From Mytilus edulis (lineage: Eukaryota), in assembly GCF_963676685.1 (NCBI RefSeq), contig NC_092346.1:71114001-71178000 (forward strand): DNA of 64,000 nucleotides, in the 5' to 3' direction. Shown here one piece after another: positions 12,784 to 27,700 of the stretch; positions within the stretch are counted from its first letter, which is position 1, and each line of letters begins with the position of its first letter. The notes under the pieces are model-generated. The model had not been told where the DNA came from. It was given only the letters and a program-made list of their open reading frames with translations, and did not search any database. The translations under genes were made by a program, and so were the position numbers.

Positions 12784-15700
12784 CTGAAATAGTTGAAATG
12801 ATATATTACTTTCATTATGATATTTTCAAATTTTATATAAAATAAACCTGTTATAACATTTCAGCACAAAGCATTTTTCTAATCATAGAGGAAAATGAAT
12901 CCATATAAACAAAATGAAATATTGAAAGCAAGTCAAAAAGGGAGAAGGTTTGGTACAAATAAAACGCTTAGGCCATAGTTATTATATTTTTAGTTTACGA
13001 AATTTTTTGACAAAACCAATGGGTAGGAGGACGAAAAAAAAAAAAAAAAAAACTGCTGCTGCTGATTTTTTTTTTTTAATACCAACCGTCAATATCAAAA
13101 TTTTTTTTTTTTTATTTCACCAGGAGATTTTCTACTAGTGTAACAACTATTTTTTTTTTCTTGACAAGGTTTGAATTGAAAATCAATGTGCAACAACTTA
13201 CTAAATCACCAAGAGCATAAATTTAGATTCTTTCATGCAGTTATGAACTAAAATTTTTTTTTTTTGCATTAAAAACATTGGGTCGGAGGAGAAAAAAAAA
13301 TAAAAATTTGTAAGGGTTCCGCGGAACCCAGTGTCTCGCCTATTTTTGCTGTAAATCGCAATGAGGAAAAAAATCAATAAAAATATTCCTCTTGTTACTA
13401 TTTTATGATTGTAAGAAAATCTAAGTCCATTTGAAAGTAAATTACAGAAAAAAACAGAGTAATCTTTTTACAAACTTTACTTCTGGATACAATCTTATGA
13501 TCATAAATAAGGTTATTTCCAAGTTTGGTACAAACCCAGGATAGTTTAAGAAAGTTATTTAAATTTTAAAAACTTTAACCACAGAGTGAATGTAATGGTT
13601 CCCTGCAGAAAAAACTAAGTCCATTTATAAGTAAAATACGGAAAAAAATTGAATTTTTTTTTACAAAATTTTCTTCTGGATACTATCTTATGATCATAAA
13701 CAAGCTTCTGTCCAAGTTTGGTACAAACCCAGGATAGTTAAAGAAAGTTATTAAAATTCTAAAAACTTTAACCACAGAGTGAATGTAATGTTTCCCCGCA
13801 GAAAAAACTAAGTCCATTTATAAGTAAAATACGGAAAAAATGGAATTTTATTTTTACAAAATTTACTTCTGGATATTATCTTATGATCATAAACAAGCTT
13901 CTGTCCAAGTTTGGTACAAACCCAGGATAGTTTGAGAGAGTTATTAAAATTCTAAAAACTTTAACCACAGAGTGAATGTTTTGTTTCCCCGCAGAAAAAA
14001 CTAAGTCCATTTATAGTAAAATACGGAAAAAATGGAATTTTATTTTTACAAAATTTACTTCTGGATACTATCTTATGATCATAAACAAGCTTCTGTCAAA
14101 GTTTGGTAGAAATCCAGTATAGTTTAAGAAAGTTATTAAAATTTCAAAAACTTTAACCACAGAGTGAATATTTGTTGACGCCGCCGACGACGCCGACGAC
14201 GACGGAATGTAGGATCGCTTAGTCTCGCTTTTTCGACTAAAGTCGAAGGCTCGACAAAAATCAACATTTTTGATTTTATTTTTTTTCCTATTTGGCAAAA
14301 ATTAGGGTAGGAGGGTTCGTAAAACTAAAAATAAAAAAAACTACGGCCTAAAATAATTCTGCTGCAATTGTTTGTACCTGTCCTAAGTCAGGAATCTGAT
14401 GTTCAGTGGTTGCCATCTGTTTATGTGGTTCATAAGTGTTTCTCGTTTTTTGCTTTTTTATAGATAAGACTATTTGGGCCCTTTATAGCTTGCTGTTCAG
14501 TGTGAGCCAAAGCTCCATGTTGAAGGCTGTACCTTGACCTATATTGGTTTACTTTTATAAATTGTTACTTGGATAGAGAGTTGTCTCATTGGTATCATAC
14601 CACATCTTCCTATATCTATAAACATTCTGATTCAAGTAGCAATACTAAATATTATGTATACTATAGATTAACTGATTTTTTTATGAACAATTAATTTCCA
14701 TTCTTTGAGGAAAAGAGTATTTGCTGAAAAAGGGCTGAGCTCCAAATCCAGGAAAAATCAGGAAAAAGTTTGTCAAACAATTCTAAAACAGAGTTGAACA
14801 ACATCAATATGAATGTCAACATTTTGTAAAGTTTCAAGGACCTAACTTGAAACTGTAGGAAGAGTGGATTATACAAAATATATAAATGCCCGTTAACTAC
14901 TATCATCATGCCAAAGTGTTGACACTGAATTAGGCAATATTTTTAGTTTTTTTTATTTACTACCAATTTGAAAGTCATAAAAAATAATAAAGATATTTAT
15001 TTATTGTTTTCAATGATTCTTACTTCACTAGCTTTCCTCTTCTTTTCGTCTTCTGTTAGATCTACCATAGAGAATCTGAACTCGTCTTCCCATGATACAT
15101 CAGTGATGTAATTTATCATTCCATCAACAAGAGTTGTCTTTCCTGATCCAGTGGCCCCTATTACCATTATAGTTTTCTCTCTTCCAGGAACGTTTTCCGA
15201 AGCTGAAAAAGAAGAGTACTTAGATGCAAAAAAATGTTAAGCTAAATTTAAAGGATATACATGTCATATATAATGCAATTGATTTCTTTTTTTACCACAC
15301 CAGTATGATAAGGCTCTATAGATGTTCTTTTGGCCTCTTTTTTGGAAAACATATAATATATATAATTGTGACAATTTATGACTTAATTTCTACGAACTAT
15401 GCATGTGTATTATTTAGGAAATAGCACATTATCATACAAATGTGAGATTAATCATTGTGATTTCTGGAAGTGCTGTATTAATAATGCAACCAAAATTTAA
15501 AACACAAGTTCTTATTTTTGCAAAATACATTCCAATGCAATTTTCCAGATCATAAAAATATTGCAATAATTTCTGAATTCACAATATTCAATGCATTACA
15601 AATGTCTTAACTATTCAGGGTTTTGATTAGACTGCAATATACCTGATCAAAATACATATTTCCTATTTTTAGCAAGCTCATTGACTGTATAATGCAATCA

Positions 15701-18700
15701 AAATTCAAAACACAAGTTCTTATTTTTGCAAAATATATTCCAATGCAATTTTCCAGATCATAAAAATATTGCAATAATTTCTGAATTCAGAATATTCAAT
15801 GCATTACAAATGTCTTAACTATTCAGGGTTTTGATTAGACTGCAATATACCTGATCAAAATACACATTTCCTATTTTTAGCAAGCTCATTGACTGTATAA
15901 TGCAATCAAAATTCAAAACACAAGTTCTTATTTTTGCAAAATATATTCCAATGCAATTTTCCAGATCATAAAAATATTGCAATAATTTCTGAATTCACAA
16001 TATTCAATGCATTACAAATGTCTTAACTATTCAGGGTTTTGATTAGACTGCAATATACCTGATCAAAATACATATTTCCTATTTTTAGCAAGCTCATTGA
16101 CTGTATAATGCAATCAAAATTCAAAACACAAGTTCTTATTTTTGCAAAATATATTCCAATGCAATTTTCCAGATCATAAAAATATTGCAATAATTTCTGA
16201 ATTCACAATATTCAATGCATTACAAATGTCTTAACTATTCAGGGTTTTGATTAGACTGCAATATACCTGATCAAAATACACATTTCCTATTTTTAGCAAG
16301 CTCATTGACTGTATAATGCAATCAAAATTCAAAACACAAGTTCTTATTTTTGCAAAATATATTCCAATGCAATTTTCCAGATCATAAAAATATTGCAATA
16401 ATTTCTGAATTCACAATATTCAATGCATTACAAATGTCTTAACTATTCAGGGTTTTGATTAGACTGCAATATACCTGATCAAAATACACATTTCTTATTT
16501 TTAGCAAGTTCATTGACTGTATAATGCAATCAAAATTTAAAACACAAGTTCTTATTTTTGCAAAATATATTCCAATGCAATTTTCCAGATCATAAAAATA
16601 TTGCAATAATTTCTGAGTTCACAGTATTCAATGCATTACAAATGTCTTAACTATTCAGGGTTTTTATTAGACTGCAATATACCTGATCCAAATACACATT
16701 TCCTTGTTTTAGCAAGTTCATTAACTGTATCAATGTTTTTAGTTAGTGGCAGCTTGTAAACAACTGGATGACCATCTTCTATCTTGGTAGCCTTTGGAAT
16801 GAGAGATCTTGCCAAGGATGATACTGTTGACAATTTGATAGGAAGACAAAATGGCCCCTCTTCGCCGTCTTCATTCACAGCACGAACTTTGAATTCATAC
16901 TTGGCCTCAGCTTTCAAGTCCTTTACTTTAACAGTTCTTTCTGCTCCCTCTGACAAAACAGATACCCACTTCCCTTTCCCCTTCTTACATTCCTTATATT
17001 TTATTTCATAATGGTCTACAGATTTGACGCCTCGTTTTGGGCGATTCCATTTTAATGTAATACTATTTGATGAAGTAGCTACAGATGTTGGTACACTTGG
17101 ATCAGATGGAACATCATCATTGTCAGACTCTTCATCTGCTGCCTTTTCTGGGGCTTTTGTTTCCTTTGGACTTTTGGACTGCAACCCACTGCCTATATCA
17201 AATATAAAATGTTTTAATTTAAACGTTTCATCAAGAAGGTATTTTGTTTGTTGTTAGTTGTGAGAACCTTTTTCTTATTTTTCTTAAGGTTTCTGATATT
17301 GTACTCTGTACTTTAAATAACTTCACTTTTTGTTGACTTATTATTTTCCCCCCTTTTTATCCAAAGTCAAATTTAAATTATGTCAGTCAAATGTGAAGTT
17401 TCTAGTTATCAATAATCCTTTTACTCTACTAGTAAACCAATTCTTTTTTAATTTCCAATAGGTAAATTAGCTTTCAGGTCTATTTGAGACCTTTTGAACA
17501 GGGTTCTTTTTATCCATTACATCGATCTTTCAATTTAAAATAGCAAGAAAACTACTTCAAATCTAAATTGCAACCTTATTATGATAATATTAAATGGCTG
17601 TTTGTTCAAACTGTCATAACAGCCAAACATCTGGCCTCACGGTCATAAAACTTTCGAGCATGGTTTCATGTTTCGAGCACGTTTTTTGTGCTCCGAGCAC
17701 TGAGCAAAGTTTTATGCTCTCACTGCCAAAAAATTACAAAAATACACAATTTTTTTTTTTACTTTTTCAAAGGGGAGAGAAACCCTATTTTGAAATGACC
17801 TTTTTTATATTGATAATTAAACTTTTAAAGATATTAAGAAGGATCCTCACAAGTTGTGTAACGTTTGTGCTCATTCTCTTTTAGATTTTCAGCAAAACCC
17901 TTTAATTTCCAGCACCACTCCTATTTTTCTCAGCTGAAACCTTACATGTGATAATATGAAATAATTTTGGAGAATTTTTAATCAGTATAAAGTGGAGATA
18001 CTATACATTTCTATAATAAACTTTTGAACTTTTTTTTGGTTATAAAATAAAAATATAATTGAATTTTTGAAAACCATATATACATATCCAACATTGAAAA
18101 TATATCTGTGGTAATCCCTGTGTTATCTTACCTGATGGTTGGTCTTCTCTAGAAGATTCCTGTTTGGTCTGGTCTTTTTTACTCTCTGGTTTATCTTTCT
18201 TTTCTAAAATGATAATTAATTATGTGTAAATATTGATATTATATATATGTATAGAACCACTAATTCGGGCCTGGTCTGAAAGAACATACAAGAAAGGAGT
18301 ACATATTTAAAAAACAAAATAGTTCCTACGCATAGCTGTAACTTCTTAAATTTGTAAAATATTTTGGTAATTTTGGTATCAAATGAAGGGTGAATTACTG
18401 TGGATCATTGTAGAGCCTTTGTTGAATGATTATATTAAATAATAAAAAAGTTGTGTATGAAATTGAAACAGGAAGGCGTTTATTGCCTGATTTTCAGATC
18501 TGAAGTACCTGTTTTAGTACTTCCAAACTGCTGGGAACCAGTGCGGTCTTATATGCAATTAAAGGTATGATGATTTTTCTAGCATGGGTAACCAAAAGGT
18601 ATTGTTTTGACATAGCATGAGTGTCATTTCATTTAAACTTAAAACGAAAGAGCTATAAAAGCTTGAAAATAAGGAATTTAACATAGAAAGCAATGGGACC

Positions 18701-21700
18701 ATTGATTAGTGGTTGTATTCCTATATGGTAACATTTTAAATATAAACAAAATGTTTTTCAGTAGGGTCAGAACTCATTTGTAGACAGATATGATTATGAT
18801 TTGTCTATTTTTGTTACAAAAGAAACCTGGGATTCTAGCTAGTTACAACTAAAAAGAGGAACAAGAATGAAAAAAATATCAACAGACACCCACATTCCTT
18901 ATCTATTGCCTCTGCTGGTGGACTATTAGTCCCCAAGGGTATCACCAGCCCAGTAGCCAGTACTTCGGTAATGGCATGAAAATACGGATTTTTTGTGTTA
19001 TTCAAATTTGCTGTTACAAAATATTAGAAATTATTATAAATTAAGGAATGTATCTCCCTCATGCAAAGCTCTGATTCCTCTCACGGATTTGGCTATACTC
19101 TTTGGACTTTTTGAATTATAGCTCTTCATCTTTTATATAAGCTTTGGATTTCAAATATTTTGGCCACAAGGTCACTGAAGAGACATGTATTGTCGAAATG
19201 CGCATCTGGTGCAAGAAAATTGGTACCGTTAATTTTATTACTACCACTGGGTCGATGCCTCTGCTGGTGGACTATTAGTCCCCGAGGGTATCACCAGCCC
19301 AGTAGCCAGTACTTCGGTACTGGCATGAAAATACGGATTTTTTGTGTTATTCAAATTTGCTGTTACAAAATATTAGAAATTATTTTCTAATGATTATTAT
19401 CTAATTATTATTAAAAGAGATTTCTTTTTGATTTAGGAGATCATATAACATCCTTGGTTCGATCAATAATAAAACAAAACAAAAAAGAAGGAATTCATTG
19501 AAAAAGTTTTGAATTGTCAAAATCCTCGCTTAATTGGTCATTCTAGGTTAAAGTGTTCATTGACATCTTTGATTACAATAATGGGCAGAGACAACTAATT
19601 ATTTGTTTGTTTTACAATTTATAAATTCTTGTCTGAATTCTATAAGGCATTCAAAACTTTATGATTGAAAGCTAATTTCCCTAATCACGATATAATAAAC
19701 AGTGATATAAGTATAAGATGTGAAAATAAATGTTCCTGTCATAAACAATATTACCTACGGCAATATCCCGGTACTTAATCCTATTGATTTTTAATCACAG
19801 GTAAACCAAACTATGACACGGTAATTAACAACTTGCAGTTATTTTCCATGAACAGTTTTAATCAATTTTAAAAAGTAAATTATCACTGATATTCGATATA
19901 TTTATTATAGATTTAATCAAAATACTTGTATTTTCTTTCAATAAAAATCATGTGTTATGTTCCAATGTTTATCGCTAGTCAACACTATACTAGAACTGCA
20001 AAACATAACCGGAAATAAACATGAAACTTCATACACATTTCTCGGGATTATTCTTCGTTGAATTCTTAAATTCGTGGTTCGCTGTTACCCACGAAACCCA
20101 CGAAAATTGGTATACCACGAATAAAAATGAATCCACAGTATGTCTTTCTCACTGAGAAAAACTTTCTAAAAACATTCATGCCAGTGTACATGAGCAAGTT
20201 ATTCTTTCAATAAAATTAAAGGATGTATTGTTTAACACAAAGTTCCATGTCCCATACATATAATTGAACTGAATCATTTGCAACATGAAAATAAAAAATA
20301 TATCAAATTTGAACTTGACCTGAGAGACGATCTTCTTAACATTAAGGAGCAGAACTCTAAATAAAAACACATTTGAAATATGTCAAATTAGCCTCATCTT
20401 GCACATTATAACAGGGAATATATAGTAAACTATACCTGGTGTTCTTTTATTTTTCTTAACTACAGGTGTTTTCTTCATAGCTTCAGCCTTACTAACTTTG
20501 GAGTCTGTAAAATATAATAACAATCTGTTGTCTTGTCTGACAAAATGCCTGTCATCCTTTCTTAAGGGTCAGTGTATTCATTTAACAAGTTTTACAGTCA
20601 CCATCCTTTTGACATTAATCTTGACCTTGACACTTGCTCCTGGATGTGACTTTGGAATAGTATAAAGGACAATAAATGTAAAAGAGGAGAATGTCTATAC
20701 ACATATGGTCATCTATGACCATTCCTTCTAGTTTTATTTCAAAGCCTTGCTAAACTCTCTTAATTTTCTCTCTAATATTTTGTCTTTTTTCAGCTAGATC
20801 ATAGAAGTAAAATTTCAGAATGACCACTGGACAAATGGAGAACATTAGCAACAGCTTCATACCATTTTAATGCAAATAGTTGTTTAGCTGTGTGAAAAAG
20901 AAAAAGTGTGAACATGTAACAGGAGAGCATGATTTTCATATAAAATGTAAAATCGTAGGATTTGAATAACTGTAGAAGCACAGAAAACCTTGTATTGTCT
21001 TTTGACTCAGTTATTCTATTAGTTATTTTATAACGGTGGATGGAAAAGTCATGTAAACTATTACAAATTTGAAAAGGGAAATAAATATATACAAATGAAC
21101 ACTATCTTTTCATCCAACCAAAACATACTGTGAATTCATTTATTAGCTCACCTGGCCCGAAGGGCCAAGTGAGCTTTTCTCACCACTTGGCGTCCGTCGT
21201 CCGTCGTCGTCCGTCGTCGTCGTCGTTAACATTTTACATTTTGAACTTCTTCTAGAGAACCACTGAATGGAATGAAACCAAACATGGCATGAATGTTCCT
21301 TATGAGGTGCTAACCAAGTGTTGTTACTTTGTTGCCGATCCATCATCCAAGATGGCCGCCAGCCGGGGACTTAGTTTAACATAGGACCCTATGGGAAATG
21401 CATACAAATGACTTCTTTTAGAGAACCACTGAATGGAATGAAACCAAACATAGCATGAATGTTCCTTATGGGGTGCTGACCAAGTGTTGTTACTTTGTAG
21501 CCGATCCATCATCCAAGATGGCCACCAGCGGGGGACTTAGTTTAACATAGGACCCTATGGGAAATGCATACAAATGACTTCTTCTAGAGAACCACTAAAT
21601 GGAATGAAACCAAACATAGCATGAATGTTCCTTATGGAGTGCTGACCAAGTGTTGTTACTTTGTAGCCGATCCATCATCCAAGATGGCCGCCAGCCGGGG

Positions 21701-24700
21701 ACTTAGTTTAACATAGGACCCTATGGGAAATGCATACAAATGACTTCTTTTAGAGAACCACTCAATGGAATGAAACCAAACATGGCATGAATGTTCCGTA
21801 TGAGGTGCTGACCAAGTGTTGTTACTTTGTTGCTGATCCATCATCCAAGATGGCTGCCAGCCGGGGACTTAGTTTAACATAGGACCCTATGGGAAATGCA
21901 TACAAATGACTTCTTTTAGAGAACCACGGAATGGAATAAAACCAAACATAGCATGAATGTTCCTTATAGGGTGCTGACCAAGTGTTGTTACTTTGTAGCC
22001 GATCCATCATCCAAGATGGCCACCAGCATGGGACTTAGTTTAACATAGGACCCTATGGGAAATGCATACAAATGACTTCTTTTAGAGAACCACTGAATGG
22101 AATGAAATCAAACATGGCATGAATGTTCCTAATTTGGTGCTGACCAAGTGTTGTTACTTTGTAGCCGATCCATTATCCAAGATGGCCGCCAGCCGGGGAC
22201 TTAGTTTAACAGAGGACCCTATGGGAAATGCATACAAATGACTTCTTCTAGAGAACCACTGAATGGAATAAAACCAAACATTGCATGAATGTTCCTTATG
22301 AGTGCTGACCAAGTGTTGTTACTTTGTAGCCGATCCATCATCCAAGATGGCCGCCAGCAGGGGACTTAGTTTAACATAGGACCCTATGGGAAATGCATAC
22401 AAATGACTTCTTTTAGAGAACCACTGAATGGAATAAAACCAAACATGGCATGAATGTTCCTTATGAGGTGCTGACCAAGTGTTGTTACTTTGTAGCCGAT
22501 CCGTCATCCAAGATGGTCGCCAGTGGGGGACTTTTGAATGAAATTAAAGATGTTCCTTTCCTTATAAATGAGGTTGTGTTGTCACTTTTAGCCAAATTTT
22601 ATATTTTTTTAAATGATTTCAAAAACCCAAGTAGAATCAGGTGAGCGATACAGGCTCTTGAGAGCCTCTAGTTTTTGTGGGTATCCATTTTCGTTGATTG
22701 AGGAAAACTTGCATTTTCCTTGGTTTTTATTTGGTGGTTTTGCCAATCTCTACATACAAAGCCTATAGAAAATCTGTATTTCATTGAATATTAAAATTCG
22801 TGATTCACCTGTACCCACGAAACCCCCAAAAAATGTATTTTCTCTTTTGTATATCATGTATACCTGTCTCCTCACTGACAACATCTGGTATCTTTGCCTT
22901 GCCAATAATTATCTCCTCTCCTTCTGCAGGTGCACCACTGTCATCCATACGTTCTGTTACAGAAATTTCTCTTCCATTAACTTTATTTTCTAATCCAGCT
23001 GATGCTTCACCTTGTTTACTATTGGTTTCTGTCTTCTGTTCTTCAGTTATATCATTACTGTCCTCTGTTCTCATTTCATCAACATCAATTGATACAATCT
23101 GTTCTGCATCAACAAACTTATCCTCAATTACTTCTTCATCTATTTCAACTTCTGTATTAATCAAATGTTTGCTAATTAGGATCATATATCTGAGACTTTT
23201 TAACAAACTTCATTGTTGACAAATTATACTTTAAGCAGCTAATTATACCAAAGCTAAATAGTAGCATATAAAAAGTTTTAGTCAAAAGTTAGTTTGACAA
23301 ACAATTTAAAATGTTGTGTATATTTATGCATCATAAATAGCCAATATTAACAAATTACTATTAAATGATAACAAAATACAGTGAAATAAATATAAAAAAT
23401 CTACCCAGGTTTACAAAAAACAAGGTTTTTTATTTCTATATAAGAGTACCTGTTTGGCCATTATGTGGCATATTTTCTTCTTCCTCTACTTCTATAGATT
23501 TCTCTTCCTTCTGGTTTACTACAACAATAATTCATTTAAAAATATCAAATCTGACAGACTTAAGCAATTATTTTTAAGATATACTTTAAATACAAAATTT
23601 TACATGTAAAACATCAACGTTTGATCACAGATAGAAAAGCGGTATAATTGAGAGAAATGGCTTACATAATTAGCAAAAGACAAAACGGGTCTAAGATTTC
23701 ATCATAATTAATCAAGCAAAGATGTCTAGAAATCAACAAATGTCCTAAATAATACACAAGTTTTAAATACCATATATCATATTTGCAACTTGAATGTAGG
23801 ATTTCAAATATATTTAAGGTAGATAATTTCAAATATATATTCATGTCTAATTTAAAATATGCATTTTGGACGAATCACTTTTCTTGGTAATCACTGGATT
23901 AAATCATCAATTGATTATATAGGTTGGTATTGTAGAAAAGATCTCTTGCAAGAGATAGCTGTTCAAATGGTTTGAGAAAATTTTCCTATTTCAAAGATTA
24001 TCTGTGTCTTAGCTTAGGGTCATCCATAATTGTCAACCATTTTCCAAAGTGTACAAACATAAACTTTTTTAGACCCCCCACCCTCCCTCAAAAAGTGTAC
24101 ATCAACCATTTTCAGATTTCAACAGAGGAATCAATCATTCTTAATAAAAAGAAGATCCTGTTTATTATATTTTAGTTTAATATAGAAATTAAACTAAAAC
24201 ATATCTGACTGTTTTATTTGATGACATCTATCTGTGATGTTTGTGGTAACTCCAATGAAAAAGGGCACCTAGAGCATTCAAAAGATTAACAAAAGGGCAC
24301 ATAAATTATGCTAAGAATCAAAGAAAGGGATATGCATGGTTATATTGCATTGATAAAGTATGGACTGACACTTGTTGATGGAATCAGAGCTCAAGACAGC
24401 AATCAATAAAAGTTTTATGTTTTAAAACATTTTAAGTTTTTAAATTTCTCGGCTGTATTTCTATTTAAAAGGTCCCTGTAAATTTGCCATTCATGCCACT
24501 ATTATCGTTTATATATATATAATGTAACAGACATGTACATGTATTGGATATTTTAAGTTAAGGTTAAACTTCATATAGAGGTGCTCCTAATTAAAGGAGG
24601 CTTATACTAAGAAAAATAAGTTTACTTCCGGTTTACTGGTTTACTATTTTGGAATGCATTACAAGGAAATTAATCAAAGAACCAGTTTAAAATCTTTTCA

Positions 24701-27700
24701 CAAAATGGCGTCTTGTCAAAATCAAAACATTCAAAGAATTTAGTGTTTCCATCGATTTTGTTTATTAAACAGAGTGAAACGATAACGATCTATAATAAAG
24801 CAGGTGAAATTGACAATCGGGGGTACTGAGAAATGCTTGCAAACTTTTTGTTTAAATAATTTTACTAGTTCACATTTTTGAAAGATTTAGTTTTCATATG
24901 ATTTGATCTTTTAATCGTTCAATCCAGATTGAGGAGAATTATGATATTGAAGTAAATATCATCAAGTGAAAATAATAAAGAAGAAATAAGAAGAGAAACA
25001 CACCCTAGCCAATTCTCGATTTTATACATCGACCTTTCCTATGGAAATGAAATAAAAAGCGTACAGTAAAAATGTTGATTTTTTTCACCCCCTCCCCCCA
25101 AGTGTACGTTTTGTACACTTTAGAAAATGGTTGACAATTATGGATGACCCCTTAGTAATATCAACTAGAGGCTCCAAAGAGCCTGTGTCGCTCACCTTGG
25201 TCTATGTGAATATTAAACAAAGGACACACTGTCAGATGGATTCAAGACAAAATTGTGGTTTGGTGATGGTGATGTGTTTGTAGATCTTACTTTACTGAAC
25301 ATTCTTTCTGCTTACAATTATCTCTATCTATAATGAACTTGGCCCAGTAGTTACAGTGGAAAATGTTAGTAAAATTTTACAAATTTTGGGAAAATTGTTA
25401 AAAAATGACTATATAAAGGGCAATAACTCCTTAGGGGGTCAATTGACCATTTTGGTCATGTTGACTTCTTTTCAGGTCTTACTTTGCTGTACAGTATTGC
25501 TGTTTACAGTTTATCTCTATCTATAATAATATTCAAGATAACAACCAAAAACAGCAAAATGTCCTTAAAACTACCAATTCAGAAACAGCAACCCAACAAA
25601 GGGTTGTCCCATTGGTCTGTAAATTAGGGCAGATAGATCTTCACCTGATTAACAATTCTACCCCATGTCAGATTTTCTCTAAATGCTTTGGTTTTTGAGT
25701 TATAAGCCAAAAACTGCATTTTACCCCTATGTTCTATTTTTAGCCATGGCGGCCATCTTGGTTGGTTGGCCGGGTCACCGGACACATTTTTTAAACTAGA
25801 TACCCCAATGATGATTGTGGCCAAGTTTGGTTTTATTTGGCCCAGTAGTTTCAGAGGAGAAGATTTTTGTAAAAGTTAACGACGACGGACGCAGGACAAC
25901 GACGGACACCGGACGACGACGACGGACGCAAAGTGATGGGAAAAGCTCACTTGGCCCTTCAGGCCAGGTGAGCTAAAAATGAACATAATCATCACTTCAT
26001 ATTTAAATATTTACTGCTTATCCAAATTCACTAGCTAGCTATTTCAATGAGTTAACAGCTTATTTCCCCAACTTTTTACATGGATTCATTTCAATAACTA
26101 TTTACATGACTCATTTCAATAACTATTTACATGGACTCATTTCAATAACTATTTACATGACTCATTTCAATAACTATTTACATGACTCATTTCAATAACT
26201 ATTTACATTACTCATTTCAATAACTATTTACATGGACTCATTTCCTTAACTTTTTATAAGGACCCATTTCCCTAACTTTTTACATGGACCAATTTCCCTA
26301 ACTTTTTACATGGAGCCATTTCCCTAACTTTTTACAAGGGCTCTTTTCCCTAACTTTTTACATGGGACTCTTTTCCCTAACTTTTTACATGGACTCATTT
26401 CCCTAAATTTTTACATTAACTCATTTCATAAACTTAAAACTTATAAACATAAAATTTCTCCCACTATTGACAGAATCTGCTCCATCCTCCATTTGTATTG
26501 TGCCTCCTGTTTCTCCTAGTGAGGACTGGAGTATGATAAAATCTTCTATGTTATCACACAGCTCATTCAGATTACTAAATAGTTTTGTATATGTATGGTG
26601 GAATGTCATCTCTGAATGAACCATTATATTCCCTGGACTAAAAAAAAAAGAAAAATCAGTAATCATAATTTATATGTTAATAATATATGTAATAAATTAT
26701 TAAAGTGCCCATCTAAATTTTTTGCCTGCCTTTTAATAGAATTTTGTGTTGAAGTCAAGGTAAGGTTTTTACTACAGGTATCAAATAAACTTAACATTAT
26801 AAATGATTCCTAAAAATGAGGTCCAGGTCCAATGAAAGTTGCTGGAAGGATATGTATGCACCTTAAAATCATCCAATGCTCTAAATCAATTTACTGATTG
26901 TTTAAAGTATCTGAGCTACAAATTAACCATATAACTGAATGTTACCCAAGCAATGAAATGAGGTCAATGTCAGGCATGAGGTGAACAAATATATACCCCT
27001 TGTTTTACCCTCTCTTTCTTGTAGAAATAGTTTAAACTTTGAGACATTTACCTTTTTCTTGTAGATCTTGTATTGTTCTGTATATTGCTACAAATAAATT
27101 AAAAGAAAATATAAAAGGTAAACGACCAATAAATTAAAATTTTGTGTAAGTTGAAATTACCACCAACTTAGACTACTATATATAACTTTATTTCCTCTAT
27201 CATAGAGATTTGGTGTACATGAGCAATATTCCTGCGCATATTGCAATTTAGGAAATATAAATGACTTGCAATTACAGATTTTCGGCGATGAAATATTTCA
27301 TACAATTGTTTTTTGACATCTTAGCCAAAAGCACATGGGATAATAAACTACTTAGGGATTTCTATTAAGCACTATTTCCTATGTGCAACTTCAAATATTA
27401 TAAGTCATTCGACGATCATTTAAGGTTATTCTTGTCATATTTTTTGTATTCCAGAATTAAAAGTATGAAAGAAGTGTCCAATTAGTTATAAATAACATAT
27501 AAGCCTGCTAGATTTTAACAATGGCACTTTTTTAAGCATTCGTTGGGAAGAACACAACTCTAGGGTGCTAGCATAAAGCAGCTTATCTGCCTAAAAATGT
27601 ACCTGTATTTTATAACAACTACATCATTCATATAAACTTTAGAAACATTACTGTTCTGCAGCAGTCCATTAATCTGAAACAATACAAGAATGTCTTGTGA

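Noticed and set aside
1186-16516. SECIS at 1186-1259 recoding the TGA of the 42-nt pseudo-exons in the GTPase gene
   Set aside because: It would need a ~10-kb 3' UTR across many poly(A) signals, and the TGA replaces Gly rather than Cys
15481-22530. Tandem arrays as CRISPR-like loci
   Set aside because: No unique spacers, no cas genes, eukaryotic context
21143-22644. Repeated 62-67-aa ORFs
   Set aside because: By-products of the 166-bp satellite inside a non-autonomous element
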